The notes beneath the pieces are model-generated. The model saw only the letters and a program-made list of their open reading frames with translations. It did no database searches and was not told the DNA's origin. Position numbers and translations under genes: made by a program. Of a stretch of DNA of 43,263 bases, positions 12,216 through 25,230 are shown piece by piece. Origin of the DNA: Chiloscyllium plagiosum. Its lineage: Eukaryota. Within the stretch, counting starts at the first letter, position 1. Every line of letters starts with the position of its first letter. The DNA is taken from contig NC_057719.1 in NCBI RefSeq assembly GCF_004010195.1, forward strand, positions 49,809,662-49,852,924. The letters are read 5' to 3'.

Positions 12216-12870
12216 TCAAACTTCCTCTTCATTCACTATCTGAATGGCTTTCTCTGGAGTTAGGTCTACTTTAGATTGTAATAAAACTGACAGAGGCTTA
12301 TCAGTAAAGCGAACGACAATTTGACCTCTTATGAATTTTGACTTTAAGTCATCACAGTTGTATTTCTGTACCAGTCTGTGAAGATTATTACTGACTGAAA
12401 ATGTGTTGCTGGAAAAGTGCAGCGGGTCAGGCAGCATCCAGGGAACAGGAGAATCGACGTTTCGGGCATAAGCCCTTCTTCAGGATTACCTGTCAAGATT
12501 ATTAGCAAACTCACCTCTGGATTCCTCTGGATACTGAACCTTTCTGTTCAATTTTGCTCTTTCAAGAATTTTATTAGTTTTGAAGATAAAATAATTGTCA
12601 AAGATTTTCAATATCTCATTGAATATATCTGTTTCTTCTTTTCTCATTTGGCAGGCTATTACATTACTTGCTGTACTCTCAGTTGTGTCCAGAAATGTGT
12701 ACAAAAGTTGTGTACTTGATCAGCTTCTGAATTAGTATCTAGTTTAGATGTTGTTCTCTATCTCAAAAATTATTTTCTCTAGATATCCAATTTTGTATTC
12801 CATTTGGCCTACTACTGAAGTTAAATCTTCATGGCAATGGCCATTTCTGATGTCATGACCGAATACATCT
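12216..12870 (-). pseudogene. Gypsy gag remnant
   Basis: FNEILKIFDNYF..NKILERAKLNRKVQYPEES..F.NNL..L...IRGQIVV..LLQSKVDLTPEKAIQI matches the Gypsy gag pattern (ERAKFNxRxQxxGES, IRDRIVVG, DLTLEKAI). Confidence 0.8.
12391..12489 (-). mobile_element. Short PLE-terminus element with an intact hammerhead core, inserted in gag
   Basis: Minus strand AATC-CTGAAGA-A-GGGC-TTAT-GCCC-GAAA-CGTC-GATT. 15-bp duplication CTGT(G/C)AAGATTATTA at 12376-12390 and 12490-12504. Confidence 0.85.
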
Positions 12871-13081
12871 AGATATTTTATCTGCTTTAAAGATTTTTAT
12901 TTTACAGTAATACCATGATTTTCTGCTGCAGTGGAGGGTTTTCCAGTGCTCTGCAGATGAAATTGAGAATCTCTACCTTTCTGCAGTTTTATTGGAGGAC
13001 TCACACTTTTTGTGGCTTTCTACTTTTCATAGATGCTGAAGTTGCAGCAATTCTTCAGATAGCCACCATTGCTCACCATAT

Positions 13082-13370
13082 TGTATGGTAAAGCAATATA
13101 ATGTATATGCTGCTACCAATATCTTCTTAGTCTAAGTTTCTCCAGGATTCACATGGTTTAGTTTAAATATGGATAGCCACCTTATAGTCTACTTAGAAGT
13201 GCTCTTTCATTAAACAAGACATAGTTATTCCACCTCCTATCTATATACATGTTACGAGGATACAGAATACATTATTCTGGAGACTGTTAGGAGAACTTGT
13301 TCTTAGGTCTGACTCCTTTGAGATCCTTTGTTACGCAACTCACCAGTCCTCATGATACCATTACTGAAGG
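13082..13370 (-). mobile_element. 5' LTR (partial) of the Gypsy element with an adjacent PBS-like TGG motif
   Basis: Homologous to 8293-8570. On the minus strand it ends ...TACA and is followed 3 nt later by TGGTGAGC (13071-13078). Confidence 0.65.
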
Positions 13371-13399
13371 TGAAACTTGTTGGAGCACAATCAGTATTA

Positions 13400-13485
13400 A
13401 TAAAAGAATAGAAAATGCAGGATAAACTCAGTAAATCTGGCTACATTGGTGGAGAGAGAAAGAGAGTTAACATTTTCAGTCTAAC
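13400..13485 (-). mobile_element. Old PLE-terminus short repeat (second subfamily)
   Basis: AGAAAATGCAGGATAAACTCAG..TCTGG..GAGAGAGAAAGAGAGTTAACATTT is the reverse of the terminus at 35245-35320. Confidence 0.6.
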
Positions 13486-13488
13486 GAC

Positions 13489-14150
13489 TACATAAGACCA
13501 TAAGAAATAAGTACTAGAATAGGTTGTTCAGATCCTTGAGCCTGCTCCACCATTCAGTACGATCATGGCTGATCCCACACTCCTTACATCCACTTGCCTG
13601 CTCTTTCACCATAACTTTTAATTCCCCTTCTGATCAAGCGTCTAACTATCACAGCTTTAAATATACACAAGGACTCTACTCCCACCGGTCTCCATGGTGA
13701 GGAGCTCCAAAGACTCTCAATCTTCTGAGAGAAGAAATTTCTCATCATCTCAGTCTTAAATTGGTGCCCCTTTATTCTGTGACTATGCCTTCTGGGCCTA
13801 GACTCTCCCATGAGGGGAAACATCCTCTCAGCATTTGCCATGTCAAGCCCCTTCAGAAACTTATATGGTTAAATGAGATCACCTCTCATTCTTCTGAACT
13901 CCAATGAGTAATGTCCCAACCTGTTCAGTCTTTGCTCACACTGGGGGTCATCCTAGTGAATGGCTACTGATGAAATAATAGGTTTTCTTAATTAAAAGGG
14001 ACCAAAATTGCTTGCAGTACTCCAGATGTGGTCTCACCAGCATCTTGTGCAGCTGCAGTAAGATCTCCCTACTCTTGTACGTTAACCTCCTTAAAATATG
14101 GGCCAGCATTCCATTTGTCTTCCTGAGAACATGCTGCACTTGGGTGTGAG
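13489..14150 (-). mobile_element. CR1 LINE 3' fragment
   Basis: (TCTTATGG)n tail; LVRPHLEYCKQFWS and FKTEMMRNFFSQ motifs. Confidence 0.9.
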
Positions 14151-14159
14151 CTCTACGTT

Positions 14160-14280
14160 AAGTCGCTGGACTCAAAATGTTAACTCTGTTCCTCTCTCCA
14201 CATTTGCTGTCAAACGTATTGAGTTTCTTCATGTATGTTTTACATCAGATATCCAGTATCTGCAGCATTTTGATTTATCA
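14160..14280 (+). mobile_element. Old PLE-terminus short repeat
   Basis: CTGGACTCAAAATGTTAACTCTGTT..CTCTCCACA..TGCTG..CCAGTATCTGCAG, as at 35245-35320. Confidence 0.55.
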
Positions 14281-14304
14281 ACCAATATTAACCCTCTCAG
14301 ACCC

Positions 14305-16160
14305 ATACATAAGACCATTATACCATAGTCCATTTGACCCATCGAGCCAGCTCCTCCATTCAATCATGGCTGATATGTTTCTCAACCCCATTTTCCTGCC
14401 TTGTCCCCTTAATCCTTGATTCTCCTTAATCATTGGTCCCCTTACAAATTAAGAACCTGTCTATCTTGCTTTAAATACACTCAGTGACTTGACCTCCACA
14501 ACATTCTACAGCAATGACTTCCATAGATTCACCACTCTCTGGCTAAAGAAATTCCTTCTCATGTCCTTTCTAAAGGGTCTTCCTTTTACTCTGAGGCTGT
14601 GCCTTTGGATCCTATTCTGTCCTACTGTGGAAACATCTTCTCCAGGAGAAAGTGAGGACTGCAAATGTTGGAAATCAGAATCAAAAAGTGTGGTGCTGGA
14701 AAAGCACAGCTGATCAGGCAGCATCTGCGGAGCAGGAGAGCCAACATTTCAAGCATAAGGTCTTCATCAGGAATGTGTGCTCAAAACATCAACTTTCCTG
14801 CTCCTCGGATGCTGCCTGACTGACTGTGCTTTCCCAACAGCACACTATTTGACAAATATCTTCTCCACCCTATCCAGGCATTTCAATATTCTGTAAGTTT
14901 CAATCAGATCCCCTCAGCCTTCTAAATCCCATCAAGTACAGACTCAGAGTCCTCAACCACTCCTCATATGCTAAGCTCTTCATCTCTAGGGTCAGTCTTG
15001 TAAATTTCCTCTGAACCCCCTCAAACGGCAGTACATCCTTCCTTAAATACAAGGCCCAATACTGCTCACAATATTCCAAATGTGGTCTGACCAGAGTGTT
15101 ATACACATTTGTATAACACCAGGAGTACACATTTGCTCATATATTCTAGCTCTCTGGAAATGAATGCTAACATTGCATTTACCTTCTTAACTGCCAGTTG
15201 AACCTGCATGTTAACCTGAAGTGAATCATGAACTAGGAGTCCTACATCCCTTTGTACTTCAGATTTTCAAAGCCTTTTCCCACTTAAAAAATAGTTTACA
15301 CCTCTTCCAACCAAATTGCATAACCTCACACTTTCTCACATTGTATTCTATCTACCACTTGTTTGCCTAATCTCCTGGCTTGTCCAAATTCTTCTGCAGC
15401 CTCCCTGCTTTCTCAACACTACCTGCTCTTCTACCAATCTTTATGACATTTGCAAATCTAACAACAATATCCTTAGTTTGTTTGTCTAGATCATTAATGC
15501 ATAATGTAAATAATTGTGGTCCCAACAATGATCCCTGTGGAACTCCACCAGTAACTAGCTACTAACCTGAAAAAGACCCTATTATCCCTATTCTCTGCCA
15601 GTCACCCTCTATCCATGCCAGTACCTTGCCCTGATCACCATGAGCCCTTCTAGCAGCCTCCTGTGTGGCACTTTGTCCAAGGCCTTCTGAAAATCCAATA
15701 CATCACATCCACTGGCTCTCCTTTGTCTAACTTATATGTTACCTCCTCAAAGAATTCTAACAACTTTGTCAGGCATGACCTCCCTTTAATAAAGCCATGT
15801 TAACTCAGCTCTATTATGCTATACATTTCCGAATACACCACAATTGCATCTTTAATAATGGATCTAAAATCTTACCAATAATCAAGATCAGGCTAACTGG
15901 CTTACAACTTCTTGCTTTCTGCCTACATCTCTTCTCAAGCAGGGGAGACAATTCACCATTTTCCAGACTCCAGTGATTTCTAAAAGATCACCAATGTCTC
16001 CATAATTTCCTCAGCTATCTCTTTCAGAACTCTGGGCTGTAGTCCATCTGGTCCAGATTACCTATCCACCTTCAGACTTTTCAGCTTCCACAAGACCTTC
16101 TCCTTAGTGATGGCCACTACACTCAACTCTGCCCGCTGACTGTCTTGAAGATCTGGCATA
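14305..16160 (-). mobile_element. CR1 LINE, about 1.7 kb 3' part, degenerate
   Basis: KGRPFRKDMRRNFFSQRVVNLW and TLVRPHLEYCEQYWA. RT-region nucleotide similarity to 31400-32500. Confidence 0.9.
14645..14853. mobile_element. Inverted-repeat PLE-terminus element inserted in CR1
   Basis: GGAGAAAGTGAGGACTGC start, imperfect inverted arms, decayed CTGATGA..GAAA on the minus strand. Duplication AAA(C/T)ATCTTCTCCA at 14631-14644 and 14854-14867. Confidence 0.85.
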
Positions 16161-16187
16161 ACAGTCAAAAATAATGTTCCTAGATAT

Positions 16188-16420
16188 GTCATAGAGTCAT
16201 AGAGATGTACAGCATGGAAATAGACCCTTCAGTCCAACCCGTCCACACCGAACAGATATCCCAACCCAATCTAGTCCCACCTGCCAGCACCTGGCCCATA
16301 TCCCTCCAAACCCTCCCTATTCATATACCCATCCAAATGCCTCTTAAATGTTGCAATTGTACCAGCCTCCACCACACCCTCTGGCAGCTCATTCCATACA
16401 CATACCACCCTCTGTGTGAA
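16188..16420 (-). mobile_element. CR1 (HER1-like) 3' end
   Basis: (TCTATGAC)n tail. Homologous to the copies at 18355, 30371, 36241 and 42832. Confidence 0.9.
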
Positions 16421-16744
16421 TATATCAGCTTGAGACTTTGCTGGTACAAATTAAAGCTTTCATTTTGTGAGTGAATGAAGAAGTCAAAAACATGCTTCTT
16501 AACTGCACAAGTATGACTCACAAGAATAAAGAAAATTTATTTCTGTCTACCTGAAATGCCAACTTTTGGTGTCAGTTAAGATGTGGCAGATTCACCACCC
16601 ATTATATTCCCCTGGCTGATCTTTATTTCCAACTATTTAATAATTTGATGTGGAACATATACAGATGCTGCCTGATACAGATTAGTGGCCTGATATGTCT
16701 TATCCCATTTGTTTTTCACTGAAACCAAGATTGGTAACTCTGTC

Positions 16745-16938
16745 AAAAAAATACTGTAAATGCTGGAAATCTGAACTAAAAGCAATACATGCTGTAATTA
16801 CTCCCCAGGACAATGTACTGATGAAACTGATTAATCAGTTCTGTTAAAAGTTCATCAACCTGAATGTTAACTCTGTTTATCTCTCCTCAAATACTGCCTG
16901 ACATGCTCTGTATTTGCAGCATTTTTATTGTCTTTTTC
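16745..16938. mobile_element. Old inverted PLE-terminus repeat
   Basis: AAATACTGTAAATGCTGGAAATCTGAA..GTTAACTCTGTT..CTGCCTGAC..CAGCATTTTT. Confidence 0.6.
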
Positions 16939-17974
16939 TGCCTTCACGAAAATAATATTTCATTCATAATATGCTGTTTTCAGTGTGGCCATTACAGTGT
17001 ATTAGCAAGTCATTTTGGCTTATCAAATATCCAAAACTCCATTGAATAAAGATGCACTGGTGTGAAGCACTCCATTAACTGCTCAAATCTGCATTCTTGA
17101 GGGTGTTATACTTGTATAGTGTCAGTGATTAATTATATGGAAAAGAATGATCCAAATCGAAGGCATCCGCTGCGAGCAAAACATCATCAAATTAAGTCAA
17201 GAAGAGCCAATCTTTCTGTGCAATCTGTCTTTAAGGTTAAATATAGTTCATTTTACTATATCTTCCTTTAACTTCTGATTGGAATATGAAATGGCAGCAG
17301 AAGTTTCTTCTTTAGAATGTAGAGAGGAAGCCAATACCAGATTTTCTAAAAGAAACATTTTAGTTTTATTTTATGTCCATTTCTAACATTATATCCATGA
17401 TACCAAGGGTGTATATGAAATACTGGATCTTCAGCTATTGTTCTCCTTGTGGTTTCAGTAAAGTATTAAATGTTTCTTCAAGTCATACAACTTACAGTTC
17501 AAACTTATGGATTTTTATGGTATGTTGTTCCTGAGAGTAGATTCCAAATTGCATATCACGTGTGTTCCAAACATTGTTAAAGAGAAAATTATTCAAATTA
17601 ACATAATTTACATATGTATGTTAGTATTAGTTTGATAATATTATGCCATAAATTATTGGAACTTCAAAAAGAATCTCAGAATGACCACATTTGGGGCCCT
17701 GAAGGAATAACTCAGTAGTGATGTGTCACTGTGAATATTAGAACATCAATTATAGAATTTCAGATCTGACAGATGAACTGCATTGTCCATTCAGGACTGT
17801 ACTTGTACATCAAAGGTCCCCAGCTCTCATTACATAAATATTCTCAGAATCTCAGGATTATTTAGGACAGATAAAGGCCATTTGACCTATCGTGCCTGCA
17901 CTGATTCTATTACTTCTAACTCTTAACCAAAAATAAAGGAAAGCTAATTGAAACATAATGACGTTCATCTTAAA

Positions 17975-18120
17975 GGAAAACAGAATACTGTAGATGCTGG
18001 AAATCTGAATAAAAAACAAATCATAAAAACAAATACTAAAATAAGGGAACTCCCTCTCAACAAAGATGCTGCCTAACGGGCTGAGTATATATTTTTCTCA
18101 GCAATTTCTGATTTTGTTTA
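17975..18120. mobile_element. Old inverted PLE-terminus repeat
   Basis: AATACTGTAGATGCTGGAAATCTGAA..AGATGCTGCCTAAC..CTGAGT..CAGCAATTTCTG. Confidence 0.55.
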
Positions 18121-18354
18121 AAATTGGCAGCCTTTGTTTGAGTTCCAACTCCTAAAAAAACCAGAGTTCTTCAGAAAAGAAAGAGTAACTTTAAACAACG
18201 CAAAGTTAACTGATAGGTTCAAATTTATTATTTTCTCTTCAAGCCAGGATAATAACAAAGATCCCCTCAACAGTGCAACTGCTGCATTCTATTCAAAATT
18301 GATCCTTTAAAATGTTTTTAACCTTCTATACATATGGCAAACATGAGAGCTTGG

Positions 18355-21300
18355 AGTCACAGAGTTAGAGATATACAGCACGGAAACAGAACCTTTGGTC
18401 CAATTCATCCACGCTGATCAGATATCTTAGATAAATCAAGTCCCATATGCCATTTTGGCACATATCTCTCTAAACCCTTCCTATTCATATACCCATCCTG
18501 GTGCCTTTTAAATATTGTAATTGTAACAGCCTCCTCGACTTCCTCTGGCAGCTCATTCCATACACGCACCACCCTGCATGGAAAGGTTGCCCCTTAGGTC
18601 CCTTTTAAATCTTTCCCCTCTCCCCCTAAATCAATGCCCTCTAGTTTTGGACTTCCCCAGGATAAAGATCTTGTCTAGTTACCCTATCCATGCCCCTCAT
18701 GATTTTATAAAGCTCTATAAGGTAATCCCTTAGCCTCTGACTCTCCGGGGAAAACAGTGCCAGCCTACTTAGCCGCTCCCTATCACTCAAACCCTCCAAC
18801 CCTGGCAACACCCTTGTAAATCTTTTCTGAACCCTTTCAAGTTTAACAATATCCTTCCTCTAACAGGGAGACCAGAATTGCACACAGTATTCCAAAAATG
18901 GCTCAATCAATGTCCTGTACAGCCGCAACATGACCTCCCAATTTCTATACTCAATACACTGACCAATAACGAGAAGCATACCAAATGCCTTCTTCACTAT
19001 CCTATCTATCTGGCACTTCATATTTAAAGAACTATGAACCTGCATTCCAAGCTGTCTTTGTTCAGCAACACTTCCCAGAACCTTACCATTAGGTGTATAA
19101 GTCTTGCCCTGATTTGCCTTTCCAAAATGCAGCACTTCATATTTATCTAAATTAAACTCCATCTGCCACTCCTCGGCCGAGTGGCTCATCTGATCAAGAT
19201 CCCATTGTACTCTGAGGTAACCTTCTTTACTGTCCACTACGCTCTAATTTTGGTCTAATCTGCAAATGTACTAACTACACCTCCTATGTTCACATTCAAA
19301 ACATTTATATAAATGATGAAAAGTAGTGGACCCAGCACCAATCCTTGTGGCACACTATTGATCACAGGCCTCCAGTCCAAAAAGCAACCCTCCGCCACCA
19401 CCAGTCTTCAATCTTTGAGCCAGTTCTGTATCCAAATGGCTAGTTCTCCCTCTATTCCATGTGATCTAACTTTGCTAACCAGTCTACTATAAGGAACTTT
19501 GGTGAACACCTTAATGAAGTCCATATACATCACATCCACCACTCTGCCCTCATTAATCTTCTTCATTACTCCTTCAAAAAACTCACTTAAGTTGATCAGA
19601 CATGATTTCCCACGCACAAAGCCATGCTGGCTATCCCTAATCAGTCCTTGCCTTTCCAAATACATGTCAATCCCATTCCTCAGGATTCCCTCCAACAACT
19701 TGCCTACTACCAATGTCAGACTCACCGGTCTATAGTTCCCTGGCTTTTCTTTACCATCTTTCTTAAATAGTGGGCACCACGTTAGCCAACCTCCAGTCTT
19801 CTGGCACCTCACCTGTGACTATCAACGATCCAAGTATCTCAGCAAGGGGACCAGCAATCACTTCCCCAGCTTCCCACAGAGTTCTAGGATACACCTGATC
19901 AGGTACAGGGAATTTGTCAACCTCTATGCAATTTAAGACATCCAGCAACACCTCTTCTGTAATATGGACATTTTTCAAGATGTTGCTGTTTGTTTCCCCA
20001 CATTCTATATCTTCCATGGCCTTCTCCTCAGTAAACACTGATGCAAAATACTTGTTTAGTTTCTCACCCATCTCCTGCAGTTCCACTCATTGACTGCCTT
20101 GCTGATCTTTGAGGGACCTTATTCTCTCCCCATTTACCCTTTTGTCCTTAATGTATTTATAAAATCCTTTTGGATTATCCTTATCCTTATTTGCCAAAGC
20201 TATCTCCTGTCCCCTTTTTGCCCTCCTGATTTTCCTCTTAAGTATACTCCTAATGCCTTTCTAGTCTTCTAAGGATTCATGCAATTTCTGCCGTCTATAC
20301 CTGACATGCTTCCTTCTTTTTCTTGACCAAAACCTCAATTTCTCTAGTCATCCAGCATTCCCTACACCTACTAGCCTTGCCTTTCACCCTAACAGGAACT
20401 TACTGTCCCTGCTCTTTTGTTATCTCATTTTTGAAAGTTTTCCATTTTCCATCTGTCCGTTCAGCCTGCAAACATCCACCCCCAATCAACTTTTGAGTTC
20501 CTGCCTAATCCTGTCAAAATTGGCCTTCCTCCAATTTAGAATGTTAATTTTTAGACTCAGTCTTTCCTTTTCCATCACTATTTTAAAACTAGTAGAATTA
20601 TGGTCGCTGGTCCTGAAGTGCCCCCACTGATAGCTCAGTCACTTGCCCTGCCTTATTTCCCAAGAGTAGATCAAGTTTTGCACCTTTTGTTGTAGGTTCA
20701 TCCTCATACTGAATCAGAAAATTTTCTTATACACACTTAACAAATTCCTCTCTACCCAACCCTTTAACACTATGGCAGTCCCAGTCTATGTTTGGAATGT
20801 TGAACTCCTCTATCATAACCACCCTATTACTCTTACAGATAACTGAGATTCCTTACAAATTTGTTTCTCAATTTCCTACTGACTATTGGAGGGTCTATAG
20901 TACAATCCCTATAAAGTGATTATCCCTTTCTTATTTCTCAGTTCCACCCAAACAACGTCCTTGGATGTATTCCCAGGAATATCCTCCCTAAGTACAGCTG
21001 CAATGTTATCCTGAATCAAAAATGCCACACCCCTCCTCTCTTGCCCTCATTTCTATCCTTTCTATAGCATCTATACCCTGCAACATTAAGCTGCCAGTCC
21101 TGTCTGTCCCTGAGCCATATTTCTGTAATTGCTATGGTATCCCAGTCCCATGTTCCTAACCATGCCCTGAGTTCATCTGCCATCCCTGTCAGGCCTCTTA
21201 CATTGAAGTAAATGCAGTTTAATTTATCAGTCCTACCTTGTTCTCTGCTTTGTTCCTGCCTGTCGGGGCTGTTTGACTTACTCCTTTTCCCAACCAGTTT

Positions 21301-22790
21301 CAGATTGATCTCTTTCCTCACTATCTCCCTGGGTCCCACCCCACTGCCCCGCCCCACCACCTTACTAGTTTAAATCCTCCCAAGTAGCTCTAGCAAATCT
21401 CTCCACCAGTATATTCATCTCTTCCAATTCAAATGCATTTCTTCTTATACAGTTCACGTCTCCTAAGAGATTCCAATGATCCAAAAATGTGAATCCTTCT
21501 TCCCTGCACGAGTTCCTCAGCCACATATTAGCCTTACCTCTTCCTATGTTGTGAGTTCCAATGTGTACAACAACCTCCTGCTGGTCCCACTCCCCTTTGA
21601 GAATATTCTGCACCTTCTCCAAGATATCCTCGATCCTGGCGCCAAGGAGGTAACACACCATTCTGATTTCTCGCTATCAGCTGCAGAATTGTCTGTCTGT
21701 ACCTCTGATTAGACAGTCCCCTATCACAATCGATCATTTGGAACTTGGCGTACCCCTCATTACATTACAGCCAGTCTCGTTACTAGAAACCAGGCTGTCA
21801 GTGATACATTCCACTGAGAGTCCATCACCCCTACAGCTTCCAAATCAGCACAATTGTTTGAGATGGGGAATAGCCACAGGAGACTCCTGCACTATCTGCC
21901 ACCATCTCCTACCTTTCCTCGCAGTAACCCATCTACCTGACGGTATCTGTGGTTTTTCTGCCTTCCACCAACTGCCATCCATCCCACCCCCTAGCGTCTG
22001 TAAATTCCTCACTGCCTGTAATGGTTGATACAATTGATCCATGCGATCTGATAGGATTCACATCCAAACACACTTCCTGCAGGTAGTAACATGGAAACTC
22101 TCTACAATCTCCAACATCTGACAGGAAGATCACATGACTCTTTCCAAAAGCCATCTTTGCACGTTAACAAACTACAAACCCAGAAAACAGTTTACTGCTC
22201 TAAAAAACACTGCTCTATGCTGATTTAATACCTATGTATTATGTTTTTAAAATTTAATCAATACACAGATCTTAATAAAATATATATCAAGAAAAGAACC
22301 CACTCCAGTCAGTAATGTAGCTTCACAAAATATACAGTAAGATTACACTTTAAAACCCACTTAGCTGCTCCCCTGCAGTGAGCCCTCTCACACAGGTTTC
22401 TCCAAGGTCTGCTGTGAATTTTGCTGTTTGCTAATTTTTCTGAGACAAACTTTTCTGTCCAGAGATACTTGAAATCGAACAGCAAAGGCAGTAGCTGTGT
22501 AGATTCACTGTTGGGTCAGATAGCAGAGTGGGTTTCTTTCTCGATTGAATCACTTCCCATGCGGTCACTGCCAATACGTTTGTCTGTCCTCCTTTTGTAA
22601 AGTGTTGTTGTTTTGACCTTTTTTGCCCAAAGTTCCAAAACAATGCCACAGCTTATTATAAAACAGTAATTACCACTCCTACAATTGGAGGGAATCAGCT
22701 CCAACACTGAAAATATCTCAACAAAGGAGCAGTTGTTACAGCAACAATTGTTTTCCTGTCCTCCTTCTTGGATTACCCAGAATCTTAACC
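18355..22790 (-). mobile_element. Near full-length CR1 LINE (5' region, ORF1 with Cys-rich N-terminus and SGNH/GDSL esterase, ORF2 APE+RT), inactivated
   Basis: ORF1: TCRKC; IVIGDCLIRGTDRQFC; LGARIEDI..VVVHIGTHNIG. ORF2: CIYFNVRGL..DTIAITEIWL; KEKPGNYRPVSLT; SQHGFVRGKSCL; WQMEFNLDK; LEYCVQFWSP. Multiple stops and frameshifts. Confidence 0.92.
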
Positions 22791-23199
22791 TTGGTAGAAG
22801 GAGAACTGCTGTGATATTTTGTCTTTATTAGTCTTATTTGTCTTTAAGATATTTAATTTACATAGTATGGTAGACTAAACAATCTAATACTATAGTTATT
22901 ACACATCAGCGTAAGAACATTTTTGTTATCCTACTGAGTTGAATGTGCGTTGAAGGAGCTAGGTGAAAGCCAGCAATTTCTTAATTATTGTTTGGGGGTG
23001 ACCTTCGATTCAATAATTCTGAACTAGGAAAAAGGAAACAAATCATGATGATGAACAGCAGCATCAATCCACTGTATGAATATGGTGATTAGAGTTTCTA
23101 CTGAGGATTCTACAACAGGTTTCATTGACCCACTATCCCATGTTTCATGCACACAGTCAATTGAAGGAGGTCACTGTTGTATATGGATGTGAAAATGTT

Positions 23200-23580
23200 T
23201 GTTTTATTTGTTCGTTGGATGGGGGCATTGCTGGCCAGGTCAGCATTTATTATCTGTCCTTAATTGCCCTGGAGAAAGTGATGGTGAGCTACCAATCTTG
23301 AACCACGGTAATCCATTTGCTGAGGCACAGCCGCAGTGTTTTAGGAGGGGAATTCCCAGGATGTTGATCCAATGAAGGAATGGTAAAATATTTCCAGTTC
23401 AAGATGGTGAGTGGCTTGGAGAGTAACTTGTAAGTGGTGGTTTTCTCAAGGCATCTACTGTCCTTGTTCTTTTAGATGATAGAGCTTGCAGGTTTGGAAG
23501 GTGCTATCAGAGGATCCTTGGATAATACTGAGTGCCATAAGTAGTATTCGCAATGATAATGATATATAGACTTGTTGCAG
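23200..23580 (-). mobile_element. 3' fragment of the L2/CR1-superfamily LINE
   Basis: Homologous to 27575-27920. Confidence 0.75.
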
Positions 23581-23859
23581 AATAGCTTTGAGATCCTAAA
23601 AGGGAGACCTAACATCTGGTCATCCTTGAAATCTCCGTAACAATATCCATCATGTTGATATAACTTGTTTATATATAAAAAGCTATATTTTGTTAGCTGC
23701 AAGAGATTCTTCTAGTTACACTAGGAAATTGTTTTCCTATACTAAACCTGGCACAGCAGACACTATAGGTTTCTACTCCTGAAGGGGATGGTGGTGCAAA
23801 CTTTGACATTAGCAACAGCTCATACAGTGTAGTGAGCTGGCACACCCACACAATATTCA

Positions 23860-25230
23860 CCACATGAATATCCCCATCTTCAATGATGGCAGAGTTCGGT
23901 GTGTGGCTGCAAAAGACAAGGTAGATGTGGTCATAATATTCTTCAGACAGAGATCCCAATTTTTCCTGAGGCTCCCACCAATACGGAATTCAGTCTTCAG
24001 TGAATTATGTGCACTTCATATCATTTCAAGCAACAACTGAGTGCATTGGTTTTCTGAGCTTTAACGCCATTCCATTGGAGTGAAGATTTCTGCTCTCGAA
24101 TTAACTGCGTCCTTACCAAGTGGTTCCAGTACAACTACAACACTGTTTTCAACAGAAAAACATGGAAAATTGCCTGGTTATTACAAACAGCAGAAAAAAG
24201 CCAATCCTACTAATTAGTGACCTGTCAGCCGGCTCTCAATTATTAACAAAGTGATGGAAGGTGTCATCCTTAGTCCCATCAAACTATACTTCCTCACCAA
24301 TAACCCATTTGCTCATATGTTCAGTTTCTGTTATTTCAGGATCACGTGGCTTCTGCAGGCTTTTACATGGGCAAAGAAAGTGAACTACATAAGTTGGGCA
24401 AGAGTCATCTCTTCCCATTGACATCAAGGCTGCATTAACCAAGTCTGCTGCCAAGCAACCCCAATAAAACTGAAATCAATAGCAATCAGAGGGCAACTAT
24501 TCACTGAGTAGAGTCATATCCAATATAAAGGATATGGTTGTCATTACTGGATGGTCATCATCTTAGTCTCAGAACATTGCTCCTTATGTCCAAGCAACTT
24601 CATCATTGAGCTTTGTTCTGTTGGAACGTCACAAGTTGGGGTGTTTCTGATATTGAACTACTTTTAGTTTCATTTCTCAGATAACAAAGTGATGTGTGCC
24701 TGTATGGAGCAAGACCTGTCCAATATTACGCCTTGATTCGAAAAGCGACAAATAGCATTTGGTGCCATACAGATGCTGGATGAGGTTGTCCTCAATCTGA
24801 AATAATAACTCTCTTTGTCTCGCTTCATAGGTGCTGCCAAACGTGCTGGGCTTTTACCACATTTTCTGTTTTAATATCAACAATGAGCTATCTACAAGAG
24901 AGTCCAAGCAATTTACCTTAACATTTAAAGGTACTTCTTTTTTAAAATTATAAATAATGTAGCTGCAAGAGCAGGTCATATACCATAAGCCTTAAGATGT
25001 ACGCTGAGCAGAGGCTTGTTGTTCTGGGACTTACCTCCTGACTTCCCAAAATTTACCCACCACATACAGAGTACAAATCGAGTGTGATTGCATTCTTTCC
25101 ATTTTGCCTAGATCTTTGCAGGTCTGACATTGGTCAAAAAGATCTCTGCCACTTTCTCTCAGGCAATTAAGGTTGGACTATAATATTGGAAAAATGCCTA
25201 CAGCAAATGAATATATAAAGAAAAATAAGA
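23860..25230 (+). mobile_element. Degenerate L2/CR1-superfamily LINE RT region and 3' end (contains a small PLE-terminus insert at about 24770-24880)
   Basis: KANPTN*..VS.LSIINKVMEGVI and DIKAAL (cf. DIKAAFD). Reverse-complement similarity to 27570-29200. Confidence 0.7.
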
